From a plasmid, in the sequence record NZ_LR134467.1: 64,000 nt of DNA. One strand, given 5' to 3'. Position numbers and translations under genes: made by a program. Position 1 is the stretch's first letter; every line of letters starts with the position of its first letter. Positions 42,664 to 52,241 of this stretch are shown here, one piece after another. Under the pieces are notes generated by a model that had not been told where the DNA came from, did not search any database, and saw nothing but the letters and a program-made list of their open reading frames with translations.

Positions 42664-44145
42664 CTACTTCGCAGCGGCCGGAACCTCGGCCGGCGCAGCC
42701 TGCTCCGACTGCTCCACCTGGGGCTTGGGGATGAGCAGCGCGATGACGCCGGCGAGCAGCGCGGCGACGGCGGCGACCACGAAGATCGTCTCGAACGCGC
42801 CCTGCGTGGGGATGACGTGACCGGCCATGGTGACCGACTTCGCGGAGATGATCGCGGCGGCGACGGCGGAGCAGATCGTGGTGCCCAGCGAGCGCATCAG
42901 CGCGTTGAGGCCGATCGCAGCGCCGGTCTCGCTCTGCGGCACGGAGGACATGATGATCGTCGGCATGGCGGCGTAGGCGATGGCGACGCCGACGGTGCCC
43001 ACGATCGACGCGAGCGAGAGCTTCCAGGCCGCGTCCATGAGGAAGTACGCGAGCACGTAGCCGCCGGCCACGACGAAGGCGCCGATGGCGAGGGTGACGG
43101 CGGGGCCGACCTTCTTGATGAGGATGCTGGAGACCGGCGCGAAGATCATCATCATGATGCCGCCGGGCATCATCCACAGGCCCGCCTCGAGCATGCTCTT
43201 GCCCAGGCCGAAACCGGTGGCGGTGGGGTACTCCATGATCTGCGGGACGCAGAGCATCATCGCCATCATGCCGAAGCCGATGGTGACGGTCGCGATGTTG
43301 GTGATGAGCACGCGCGGCCGCGCGGAGGTGCGCAGGTCGACGAGCGGGTCGTCGTGCCGCAGCTCGTAGGCGCCCCACGCGAGCAGCACGATCAGGCCGC
43401 CGATGAGCAGGCCGAGCGTGGTGCCGGAGGTCCAGCCCCAGTCGTTGCCCTTGGAGACGGCCACGAGCGTGGCGACCAGGCCGACGGCGAGGCCGATCGA
43501 GCCGATGACGTCGATGCGGCCGCCGACGCCGGGGGTACCGTCGGGAAGCACGAACAGGACGGCGGCGAGGATGAGCCCGGCGAGCACCGTCGAGACCCAG
43601 AACAGCATGTGCCAGTCGTAGGTCTGCGCGATCCACGCCGAGAGCGGCAGGCCGATGGCGCCGCCGACGCCGAGGGTCGCGCTCATGGCGGCGACGGCGG
43701 TCGCGGTCATCGCCGGGGGCGTGACCTCGCGCATCATCGAGATGCCGACGGGGATGAACGCCATGGCCAGGCCCTGCAGCACGCGGCCGAGCAGCATCAG
43801 GAGCAGCCCCGTGGACAGGGCGGCGGCGAGGGAGCCCGCGACGAGCAGTGCCGCGCTGAGGATGAGGACGCGCCGCTTGCCGATCATGTCGGCGAGACGG
43901 CCGCCGATGGGCATCGCGACCGCGGCGGCGAGCAGCGTGGCGGTGATGACCCAGGACGCGTTCGCCGTCGAGGTGTTCAGCAGCTGCGGAAGCTCGGGCT
44001 GGATCGGGATCACGAGCGACTGCATGAGCGCGGCGACCATGCCGCCGAAGCACAGGATGATCACGGTCACGAGTGGGTGGTTCCGGCGGGAGCCGCTCGG
44101 TGCGAGCGCTCCCTGCCCGGTAACGGTGCTGGTCACGAGGACCAC
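42664..44145 (-). CDS. MFS transporter (DHA2-like, 14 TM)
   Basis: GTG start. MFS motif (GGRLADMIGKRRVLILSAALLVAGS). Confidence 0.8.
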   Translation of the reverse strand: MVLVTSTVTGQGALAPSGSRRNHPLVTVIILCFGGMVAALMQSLVIPIQPELPQLLNTSTANASWVITATLLAAAVAMPIGGRLADMIGKRRVLILSAALLVAGSLAAALSTGLLLMLLGRVLQGLAMAFIPVGISMMREVTPPAMTATAVAAMSATLGVGGAIGLPLSAWIAQTYDWHMLFWVSTVLAGLILAAVLFVLPDGTPGVGGRIDVIGSIGLAVGLVATLVAVSKGNDWGWTSGTTLGLLIGGLIVLLAWGAYELRHDDPLVDLRTSARPRVLITNIATVTIGFGMMAMMLCVPQIMEYPTATGFGLGKSMLEAGLWMMPGGIMMMIFAPVSSILIKKVGPAVTLAIGAFVVAGGYVLAYFLMDAAWKLSLASIVGTVGVAIAYAAMPTIIMSSVPQSETGAAIGLNALMRSLGTTICSAVAAAIISAKSVTMAGHVIPTQGAFETIFVVAAVAALLAGVIALLIPKPQVEQSEQAAPAEVPAAAK

Positions 44146-44160
44146 CTCTCTACGTGGGGA

Positions 44161-44204
44161 AACGATTGAATGTGTGTAACATACATATCGTTGAACTGTG
44201 CAAC
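44161..44204. promoter_or_regulatory. imperfect palindromes (AACGAT...ATCGTT; GTTGaactgtgCAAC) in second MFS/MarR divergent promoter
   Basis: Seen directly. Shares an AATGTGT core with the 40434 operator. Confidence 0.4.
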
Positions 44205-44287
44205 CATATGCCTCGAGCCCGCACCGTGCAACACGGACATTCCGCCGGCCTGACAGAATCGGCGGATCGATCCTCGAGGGAGGAAGC

Positions 44288-44716
44288 ATGGACGACGCGG
44301 CGCGCCGCCTCGAGCGGGAGATCAACGCCCTCGGGCGGCACATGCGAGCGCGCCCGCGGTCGATGGAGCTGCACCTCGACCGGTCGGCCTACCTCGTACT
44401 GCTGCTCCTCGACTACGCCGGGCCGAGCACGCTCAAGGAGATCGCCACCGAGCTCGAACTCGAGCAGTCGACGGTGAACCGCCAGGTCAACAAGGCCATC
44501 GAGCACGGGCTGCTCGAGGCCGACGGTGCCGTGTCCGGCCCGAAGCGCATCCGCGCGACCGCAGCGGGGCGGGCGGCCTTCCAGCGCGACCGCGACGTGA
44601 AGCTGCGCGGGATCGGCTCGATCATGGCCGACCTCGACGAGACCGACCGCGAGGCGCTCATCTCCGGTCTCACCGCCCTCAACGCGGCGCTCGCCGCGCG
44701 GGCCGGGGAGTCCTGA
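44288..44716 (+). CDS. MarR family transcriptional regulator
   Basis: Start MDDAARRLEREI. wHTH (STLKEIATELELEQSTVNRQVNKAIEHGLLE). Confidence 0.75.
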   Translation: MDDAARRLEREINALGRHMRARPRSMELHLDRSAYLVLLLLDYAGPSTLKEIATELELEQSTVNRQVNKAIEHGLLEADGAVSGPKRIRATAAGRAAFQRDRDVKLRGIGSIMADLDETDREALISGLTALNAALAARAGES

Positions 44717-44741
44717 CGACGCCCTCGCTCGCCGCGCCGCG

Positions 44742-45775
44742 TCAGAGCTTCGTCAGGGTGACCGAGAGCCCCGGGTCGGTGGCGGCGCCGAGGTCCGTCG
44801 GGGTCGGGTCCGCGTCGATGACGTGCGCGCCCAGCGCGGCGATCATGACCCCGTTGTCGGTGCACAGCCGCGGCTTCGGCACGCGCAGCTCGATGCCCGC
44901 GGCGTCGCAGCGCTCCTGCGCGAGCGAGCGGATGCGCGAGTTCGCGGTGGCGCCGCCGCCGAGCACCATCGTCTCGACGCCGACGTCCTGCGCGGCGCGG
45001 ATCGCCTTGAAGGTCAGCACGTCCGCGACGGCCTCCTGGAAGGACGCGGCGACGTCGGGCACGTTCAGGGGCCGCCCCGCGGCGTTCTCGGCCTCGACGT
45101 GTCGCGCGACGGCCGTCTTGAGGCCGCTGAACGAGAAGTCGTGGCGCGCGTCCTGCTGCCGGGTCATGGCGCGCGGGAAGCGGATCGCGGTCGGATCCCC
45201 CTGGCGGGCGAGCTCGTCGATGACGGGGCCACCGGGGTAGCCGAGGCCGAGCAGGCGGGCGACCTTGTCGAAGGCCTCCCCGCGGCGTCGTCGACGGTGG
45301 TGCCGAGTTCCGTGATCGGGGCGCCGAGGTCGGTCACGTGCAGCAGGTGCGTGTGCCCGCCGGAGACGAGCAGCGCGACGCAGGGCGGCATCGGGCCGTG
45401 CTCCAGGGTGTCGACGGCGACGTGCCCGCCCAGGTGGTTGAGGCCGTAGAAGGGCACCTCCCACGCCGCCGCATAGGCTTTCGCGGCCGCGACGCCCACG
45501 AGCAGGGCCCCCGCGAGGCCCGGTCCGATGGTGACGGCGAGCGCGTCGGGCCGGTCGACGCCGGCCGTGGCGAGGGCGCGCCGCATCGTCGGGACGATGG
45601 CCTCGAGGTGTGCGCGCGAGGCGACCTCGGGCACGACGCCGCCGTAGCGGGCGTGCTCGTCCTGCGACGAAGCGACCTCGTCGGCGAGCAGGCGCGCCGT
45701 CTTCGACTCCGGGTCCCAGTCGACGATGCCGACGCCGGTCTCGTCGCACGAGCTCTCGACACCCATGACGATCAT
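44742..45775 (-). CDS. tsaD: tRNA N6-threonylcarbamoyladenosine synthase TsaD, reading frame split by a 1-bp deletion at about 45278-45281
   Basis: N-terminal half in ORF 45164..45775 ([18 protein letters not shown]...HxxxH). C-terminal half in ORF 44742..45749 ([24 protein letters not shown]...). The halves join as ...DDAAG/EAFDK if one G is added to a GGGG run. Confidence 0.85.
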
Positions 45776-46242
45776 CGCTGTCCCTGCGCTTCCCGCTTCA
45801 TCGTGTAGGCGTCGGCCCCGGACGGCCGGTAGTAGTTCTTCCGCACCCCGACGACCGCGAATCCGTTGCGCTCGTAGAGCGTCCGGGCCGGGTCGTTGTC
45901 CGTGCGCACCTCGAGGAAGACGGATCCGCCGTGCCGGTCGGCCTCGTCGAGCAGGGCCCGCAGGAGCGCGTACCCGACTCCCCTGCCCTGGTACTCGGGG
46001 TCGACGCCGATGGTGAGGACCTCGGACTCGGGGAAGAAGGTGTTGCCCAGCAGGCCGATTCCGGCGTAGCCGACGAGCCTGCCGTCCGCGGTCTCGTCGC
46101 GGGCGGCGAAGAAGCGGGTGTGCCGCTCTGGCGTGAACGCCGAGGCCGGCCAGGGGCTGTCGCCGGCGAACAGGACGGTCTCCAGTTCGGCGCAGCGCGC
46201 GGCCTCGTCGGGACGCAGCGGTCCGATCGGGATATCAGGCAC
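45772..46242 (-). CDS. rimI: ribosomal-protein-alanine N-acetyltransferase
   Basis: GNAT motifs ([36 protein letters not shown]). GTG start overlapping the tsaB stop. Confidence 0.8.
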   Translation of the reverse strand: MPDIPIGPLRPDEAARCAELETVLFAGDSPWPASAFTPERHTRFFAARDETADGRLVGYAGIGLLGNTFFPESEVLTIGVDPEYQGRGVGYALLRALLDEADRHGGSVFLEVRTDNDPARTLYERNGFAVVGVRKNYYRPSGADAYTMKREAQGQR

Positions 46243-46810
46243 GCGAAGCCATTTCGACGGCGTCGGGACGGCGCAGGTACAGCGGCACGAGCGGCCGCGG
46301 CGCGGTCCCGAGGAGGTGCGCGCCGACCGCGGCGAGGCTCGCCGGCGTCGGCGAGCCCTCGACGACCCGCGCACCGTCGACGTCCAGCTCGGCCGGCTTG
46401 ATCACGCCGGGCCCGGCCGTGCGGACGCCGTCGGCGTACCGCGCCCAGTAGACCTCCTTGCGGCGCGCGTCCGTCACGACGACGACGTCACCGGGCTCAC
46501 CGTGCGCGATGGCATCGAGGCTGCACACGCCGTGCACCTCGATGCCGAGGGCGTCGCCGAACGCGGCGCTGGTGGCCATCCCGACCCGCAGGCCCGTGAA
46601 CGGGCCGGGGCCGCAGCCGACGATGACGGCACCCAGGTCGGCGCGGCGCAGCCCCGCCTCCGCGAGGCATTCGAGCAGGTAGGGCACGAGCACCTCGGCG
46701 TGGCCGCGGGCATGGGTGCGGTCGCGGCGGGCGAGCACGGCGCCGGTCTCGGAGTCGACGATGCCCACCGTGAGCGCCGGCGTGGCGGTGTCCAGGGCGA
46801 GCACGTACAT
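46235..46810 (-). CDS. tsaB: tRNA threonylcarbamoyladenosine biosynthesis protein TsaB
   Basis: MYVLALDTATPALTVGIV start. Inactive Kae1-like fold. Confidence 0.85.
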   Translation of the reverse strand: MYVLALDTATPALTVGIVDSETGAVLARRDRTHARGHAEVLVPYLLECLAEAGLRRADLGAVIVGCGPGPFTGLRVGMATSAAFGDALGIEVHGVCSLDAIAHGEPGDVVVVTDARRKEVYWARYADGVRTAGPGVIKPAELDVDGARVVEGSPTPASLAAVGAHLLGTAPRPLVPLYLRRPDAVEMASRA

Positions 46811-46859
46811 ACCTGCAGGTTACCGCCTCGGCGTGGTGCGCCCGAAATCCGCGAGGCGG

Positions 46860-47486
46860 TCACGCCGGGCGCATCAACCCCCGGACGAACTGCGCGATCA
46901 CGGCCCTGACCTCGGCCAACGCCGCGTCCCGGTCGTCGGCGCGTGTGACGTAGAGGGCGGATTCATCGAGCATGCCGAGGATCACGTGCGCGAGCGGGCG
47001 CACCGGCTGCGGCGCCATCCACCCCTGCTCGATCGCCTGCGCGAGAAGGCCCTCGATCACGGCGAGCCCGTACTTCTCGCCGCGGGCGCGCCAGCCCTCC
47101 CAGCCGAGCACGGCGGGAGCGTCGATCATCGTGATCCGCGTGATGCCCGGCGCCGCGATCGCCTCCATGAAGGTGTCGACCGCGAGCAGCATCGTGTCGA
47201 CGGGCTCGAGGTCGCCGGCCGCGAGCACCGCCTGCGCGGCGCCGCTGATCGTCTCCTCCTCGACGGCGTCGAAGACGGCCTCGAACAGGCCGCGCTTGTC
47301 CCCGAACTGGTGGTAGAGCGCGCCGCGGGTCACGCCCGCCGCCTCGACGATCGCCTGGGTACCGACGCCGGCGTAGCCGTGGTCGGCGAACAGCGTCCGC
47401 GCCGCGGCGATCAACGCGGCGCGGGTGGCGGCGGTGCGCTCCGCCTGCGTGCGGCGGCCGCCCCGCTCCTCACCATTGACTTCCAT
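46860..47486 (-). CDS. TetR family transcriptional regulator
   Basis: HTH (TRAALIAAARTLFADHGYAGVGTQAIVEAAGVTRGALYHQF). Confidence 0.8.
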   Translation of the reverse strand: MEVNGEERGGRRTQAERTAATRAALIAAARTLFADHGYAGVGTQAIVEAAGVTRGALYHQFGDKRGLFEAVFDAVEEETISGAAQAVLAAGDLEPVDTMLLAVDTFMEAIAAPGITRITMIDAPAVLGWEGWRARGEKYGLAVIEGLLAQAIEQGWMAPQPVRPLAHVILGMLDESALYVTRADDRDAALAEVRAVIAQFVRGLMRPA

Positions 47487-47565
47487 ACAGGTTGCACGTA
47501 ACTTTCATACCGAGTGTTCGTAACTACGCTCCGACCTTAGCCCCCGACTCCGCGAAGGGTGTGCC

Positions 47566-47922
47566 ATGCGGTGGTTCTACCTGGCCATGATGGTGATCGG
47601 CACCGTGGTGCCGTGGGCCTTCTTCGGCGACTTCTTCGCCGCGGAGGGGCTCGACCTCCCCCTGTTCGTCACGAGCCTGGTCCCCAACGGGGCGGCGTCG
47701 GGCTTCACCGCCGACGTGCTGCTGTCGATCGTCGTCTTCCTCGTCTGGTCGGCGGCGGACGCGCAGCGAGTCGGCGTGCGGCGCTGGTGGCTCGTGATCC
47801 CGGCGACCTGCCTCGTCGGGCTCTCGCTCTCGCTCCCCCTCTACCTCTACCTGCGCGAGACCCGCGCCGACCGGGAGACCACCGGCGGCGCCGCGCCCGC
47901 ACCGTCAGGAGTCCCCGCATGA
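47566..47922 (+). CDS. small membrane protein (DUF2834-like)
   Basis: 118 aa, 3-4 TM. Divergent from TetR. ATGA overlap with the next gene. Confidence 0.5.
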   Translation: MRWFYLAMMVIGTVVPWAFFGDFFAAEGLDLPLFVTSLVPNGAASGFTADVLLSIVVFLVWSAADAQRVGVRRWWLVIPATCLVGLSLSLPLYLYLRETRADRETTGGAAPAPSGVPA

Positions 47923-48781
47923 GCCTCGCCTCGCTCCCCACCGGCACCGTCGACTTCCACGTCTACGGCCCCGAGACCTCCGACCGTCCGCCCGTGCTGT
48001 TCGTGCACGGCGCCGTCGTCGACCTGCAGCTGTGGGACCGCGTCGCGGGAACGCTCGGCGCCGCGGACACCGCTGTTGGTCGGTCACGTGGCCGCTGGGC
48101 TCGCACCGCATCGCCTGCCCGGACGCCGTCGCCGACGGTCCGCGCGGCGTCGCCCGCATGGTCGCCGACTTCATCGAGGACCAGGGCCTGCAGGGCTGCA
48201 CCCTCGTCGGCAACGACACCGGCGGCGCGGTCTGCCAGTACCTGCTGCACGAACGTCCCGAGCTGATCGGCCGCGTGGTGCTCACCAATTGCGATGCCTT
48301 CGAGGTGTTCCCGCCGCAGCCCTTCGCGGCGCTCTTCGCCATGCTCCGGCACCGCGCGACGATCCGGCCGCTGATGACGACGATGCGCTCGACGGCCCTG
48401 CGGCACTCGCCCATCGGCTTCGGACTGCTCGTCACCGATCCCGACCCGGACGTCACCGCCTCTTGGGCGCGGCCGACGCAGGTGGCCCCGAAGATCCGCG
48501 CCGACCTCGCGGCGCTGCTCGCCGGGATCGATCCGTCCGACCTCGCCCGGGTCTCACCGACGATGCGCGCCTTCCCCGGGCCGGTGACGTTCGTCTGGGG
48601 CATGGCCGACCGCGCCTTCACGCCCGCGCTCGGCCGCCGGCTCGCCGCCGCCTTCGGGGACGACCGGCCGGGCGGCACACGCTTCGTCGAGGTCGACGGT
48701 GCCCGCACCTTCGTCTCCCTCGACGAACCGCAGGCCGTCGTGCGGGCGATCACCGAGATCGCCGCGCTGCCCACCCGGTAG
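47919..48781 (+). CDS. alpha/beta hydrolase, frame interrupted near 48065
   Basis: N-terminal part in frame 1 (MSLASLPTGTVDFHVYGP...LFVHGAVVDLQLWDRVAGTLGAA). Remainder in frame 2 (GHRCWSVTWPLGSHRIACPD...GNDTGGAV...). Adding one G to the GG at 48065-48066 joins them. Confidence 0.6.
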
Positions 48782-48817
48782 CTCCCCGCCCCGGTTACCG
48801 CCCGGCTGCCGCCCCGG

Positions 48818-51100
48818 TCAGAAGGGTGGGGGTTCGTCCGGTGGCGGGTGGTGTGCGGGGTCACGTCCGGCGAGGACGGTTTCGAGGTGGTGTTCGACGG
48901 GGCTGACGCGCTCTCGTTCCTCGCGTTCGCGGGTGAGGGCATCGAGGTGTGCGGCGCGAAGCCGTTCGCGTCGGGCGTGTTCCTTCTGGAGTCGGGTGGG
49001 ACCGCTCGGTGGCGGCGGCTTCCTGCGCTCCGTGGGCGTGGGGGTGGTCCAGGTGATGCGGGTCAGGTCGGGGAACAGGGCTGCGATGGTGCGGGTGGGG
49101 TCGACGATGATCCGTTGGCAGGTGGGGCCGATCCACAGGATGCGGCCGTCGGGTAGTCGGGCGTCGGTCCACAGGCCGGCGGTCTTGAGCTGGTGGTGCG
49201 GGATGCAGAGGGGTTGGCCGTTGCCGGCGATGGTGGCGCCGCCGCGGGTGGGGTCGTGGTGGTCGTATTCGCGGGCGTGGTCGAGCTGGCAGCGCGAGGC
49301 CGGGCGAGTGCACAGGGGGAAGACGCAGCGCGGGTAGAGCAGGGTGAGGTAGCGGGTGAGGTCGGCGGAGAACCGGTAGCCGGTGCTGCCCTGCGCGATC
49401 ACCAGCGCCCGAGGACTCACTGCGGTCGCCGGGGTAGGTGTGGGCAGAGCTGTCCTCTGGACTTCGGCGGCGGGTTCATCGACCCGCTGAGACGAATCAC
49501 ACTCCGTAGCCGTCGCTTCGGCAGCCGTTGCGGGCTCCTGATCCAGCGTGTCGGACGCGGACTCGGGCGCATCGTCGGTCTCAGCTTCGGCCTCGGAGTC
49601 GGTGATCACGGTGGGGCCTGCGTGGCAACACCGTGCGGCGAGCAGAACGCCGGCGGGTTCGCGGTGGGTGAGGTCGATACCGGTCGCGCGGAACCACGCC
49701 GCCCGCGGCCGCCGAGGTGACGGCCGGGCCGGAGATTCAGGCCGGTCGTGGTCGCGGTCGTGATCAACATCAGCGAGCGAGATCTCATCCGCGGCAGGCT
49801 GCGTGGGATCCGCTGCATCCGACGTCCCGGCGGTGCACGCGGCATCGGCAACGGAATCGGATACCGCGTCAGCGCGAGCGCTCGCGGTGCCGGCACCGTC
49901 TGCGCCCAGCTCGATATCGCGGTTCGCCTCCGGATCGCTCGGAGCCGCGATCTGTGCCGCAGCGCCGTCCTTTTCGATCTCGCTCGCATCGGGGAGTTCC
50001 TCGCCGAAGGGGCGCAGAACCGCGTCGTCACGGGCAGCGAGGTTGCGGGCGTGCTGGGCGGTGATTGGTCCGTGCCCGATCAGGAACCCCGCGTCGGTGT
50101 CGCCCGGGTCGGTGAGGGTCTTCTCGTTCACGACCACGTGGATCAGCGTGCGGTACCGGGTCACCACGCGCGCACCCGCGTGATCGTCATCGATCCCGTC
50201 GTCGCCGACCGCGCGGGCCTCTCGCAGCGGACATCCCGGGACCGCGCACCAGCACCCGAGCGTCGAGAAGCCGCGGACCAGCAACATCAGTCCGTCGGCC
50301 CGCCGCTGCGGCACCGTCCGCGGATCGGATTCGCACACCGTGCCGGCGATCTCGTCCACCCGCACTCCCAGCTCCAGCCCCTCGTGCGCGGTCAGCAGCG
50401 CGTACGCCGCGGCCATCCCGTCCTCCGCCGGACGGAACGTGACCCGGCGATCCTCCTCCGCCATCCGCCGCCGACGCTCCGCCGCCACCGGATCGATCTC
50501 ATGAACCAGCCGATCGGCCGCCTCGCGCAACGCGGGCACCGAGATCAGCGCCAACGGATCCGCGGCCAGCAGTTCGGCGAGGAGCTCGTCGAACTCGATC
50601 GCCTGCCCGCCCGTCAACGCCCGCGCGCGACTGAGCGCCTCCATTCCGCCCCGCGGGGAGAGCACGTTGCGGCCGACCAGCGCGAACACTCGCGGCAAGC
50701 GTTCGACGAAACCCACCGCCTGTTCGATCACCGTCTCCGTCGCGGCCGGCCCGATCCGCAGCGTGACCGAGACCTCCGCCTTCACCGCCTCATAGGCGAG
50801 CGAGAGCTCGCGCCGCACCGCGTAGAAGTCCGCACTACCGATCGGATCCGAGGACAGGAACGCCGACTCACGCTCCCCGTACCGATCCCGGAACAGCGCA
50901 TACACCGCCGACATCGTCCGGCAGAACGCGACGTTCTCGCACCGTCGCTGCTCCAGCAGTATCGACCCCAGAGCTCCGGAGCCGGGCGTACCGTCGACCA
51001 ACACCGAAGGCAGCAGGGCCTTCGGGAGGTTCGCCAACGCGCCGGATCCGTTCACACTTTCATCGTACGCCTGTTCGATGACAATGCAAGAGCCGAACAT
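48818..51100 (-). CDS. DUF222 / HNH endonuclease family protein (REP13E12-like), with long acidic low-complexity insert
   Basis: C-terminal HNH motif (CTRPASRCQLDHAREYDHHDPTRGGATIAGNGQPLCIPHHQLKTAG). N-terminal DUF222 region. Start at MFGSC (alternative start 51139). Confidence 0.75.
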   Translation of the reverse strand: MFGSCIVIEQAYDESVNGSGALANLPKALLPSVLVDGTPGSGALGSILLEQRRCENVAFCRTMSAVYALFRDRYGERESAFLSSDPIGSADFYAVRRELSLAYEAVKAEVSVTLRIGPAATETVIEQAVGFVERLPRVFALVGRNVLSPRGGMEALSRARALTGGQAIEFDELLAELLAADPLALISVPALREAADRLVHEIDPVAAERRRRMAEEDRRVTFRPAEDGMAAAYALLTAHEGLELGVRVDEIAGTVCESDPRTVPQRRADGLMLLVRGFSTLGCWCAVPGCPLREARAVGDDGIDDDHAGARVVTRYRTLIHVVVNEKTLTDPGDTDAGFLIGHGPITAQHARNLAARDDAVLRPFGEELPDASEIEKDGAAAQIAAPSDPEANRDIELGADGAGTASARADAVSDSVADAACTAGTSDAADPTQPAADEISLADVDHDRDHDRPESPARPSPRRPRAAWFRATGIDLTHREPAGVLLAARCCHAGPTVITDSEAEAETDDAPESASDTLDQEPATAAEATATECDSSQRVDEPAAEVQRTALPTPTPATAVSPRALVIAQGSTGYRFSADLTRYLTLLYPRCVFPLCTRPASRCQLDHAREYDHHDPTRGGATIAGNGQPLCIPHHQLKTAGLWTDARLPDGRILWIGPTCQRIIVDPTRTIAALFPDLTRITWTTPTPTERRKPPPPSGPTRLQKEHARRERLRAAHLDALTREREERERVSPVEHHLETVLAGRDPAHHPPPDEPPPF

Positions 51101-51145
51101 GGTGGAACCGTCGAACTCGACGGTGCCGGGGAGCACCATGGAGTC

Positions 51146-51778
51146 ATGAGCGAGAACTCCGATCCCCTCCCCGACTGGGCGCCGCTCGTCCGCGGCCTGC
51201 ACACCCGGTTCCGTACCCGTGACTTCACCGCCGGCCTCGAGCTGGTCACCGCGTTCGCCGCCGCGGCGGAGGCCGCGAACCACCACCCCGACCTCACGCT
51301 GCGGTACGGCACCGTCGACGTGCTGCTCTACAGCCACGACGCCGGCGGCGTCACGGACCGTGATCGGAAGCTCGCCGCGCAGTTCTCCGAGATCGCCCGC
51401 GAGCGCGAGGTCACGGCGAACCCCGGGGAGTCGTCGGTGGTGGAGCTCGGCCTCGACACCGCCGACGCCGCGGAGATCGCGCCGTTCTGGTCGGCGGTGC
51501 TCGGCGCCGAGGTGCAATCCGGAATCGAGGGCGTGGAGGTCCGCACCCACGGCGCGGACGCGATCCTGTGGTTCCAGCGCACCGACCCGCACGAGACGCC
51601 GCGGCAACGCTTCCATCTCGACGTCTGGGTGGATCCGCGGGAGGCGCGCGGTCGCATCGACGCCGCCGTCGCGGCGGGCGGCCGCCTGGTCTCGGACGCG
51701 CACGCGCCCAGCTTCTGGGTGCTCGCGGACGCCCAGGGCAACCACGCGTGCATCTGCACGGTCGCCGGGAGGGACTGA
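51146..51778 (+). CDS. pterin-4a-carbinolamine dehydratase domain fused to glyoxalase/VOC-like domain
   Basis: PCD signature E-x3-HHP-x6-Y (EAANHHPDLTLRYGTVDVLLYSH). C-terminal VOC-like beta-alpha-beta pattern. Confidence 0.65.
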   Translation: MSENSDPLPDWAPLVRGLHTRFRTRDFTAGLELVTAFAAAAEAANHHPDLTLRYGTVDVLLYSHDAGGVTDRDRKLAAQFSEIAREREVTANPGESSVVELGLDTADAAEIAPFWSAVLGAEVQSGIEGVEVRTHGADAILWFQRTDPHETPRQRFHLDVWVDPREARGRIDAAVAAGGRLVSDAHAPSFWVLADAQGNHACICTVAGRD

Positions 51779-51788
51779 ACGGGCCGGG

Positions 51789-52241
51789 TCAGGCCCCGTC
51801 GACCCACTCCCAGGTGACGGTGCGGACGTCGGTGCCCTCGGCGCGCCGCAGCCGGACCATGAGGTGCCGGTCGGCGAGGCGTTCGGCGACGCCCTCGCCC
51901 CACTCCACGACGACGACGCAGTCCTCGAGGTCGGTGTCGAGGTCGAGGGCGTCCAGCTCGTCGAGGCCGCCGAGGCGGTAGGCGTCCACGTGCACGAGGC
52001 CCGGGCCGCCGGACGGGCCCGGGCGGTGCTCGCGGGCGATGATGAACGTCGGCGACGAGACGCGGCCCACCACGCCGAGGCCGGCCGCGATCCCCCGCGT
52101 CAGCGCGGTCTTGCCGGCCCCGAGCGGGCCGTCGAGGATGACCAGGTCGCCCGCGGAGAGCTCCCCGGCGAGCTCCCGGCCGAGGGCCTCGGTGTCCTCG
52201 ACCTCGGGCAGGACGCGCTCGCCCCGCAGCGGTCCGCTCAC
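51789..52241 (-). CDS. tsaE: tRNA threonylcarbamoyladenosine biosynthesis protein TsaE (P-loop ATPase)
   Basis: Walker A GPLGAGKT. GTGA overlap with the upstream hydrolase gene. Confidence 0.8.
   Translation of the reverse strand: MSGPLRGERVLPEVEDTEALGRELAGELSAGDLVILDGPLGAGKTALTRGIAAGLGVVGRVSSPTFIIAREHRPGPSGGPGLVHVDAYRLGGLDELDALDLDTDLEDCVVVVEWGEGVAERLADRHLMVRLRRAEGTDVRTVTWEWVDGA

Noticed and set aside
47487-47565. TetR operator palindrome between TetR and DUF2834 gene
   Set aside because: Only a direct repeat CGTAACT (x2) was found, with no clear inverted repeat. Not called.
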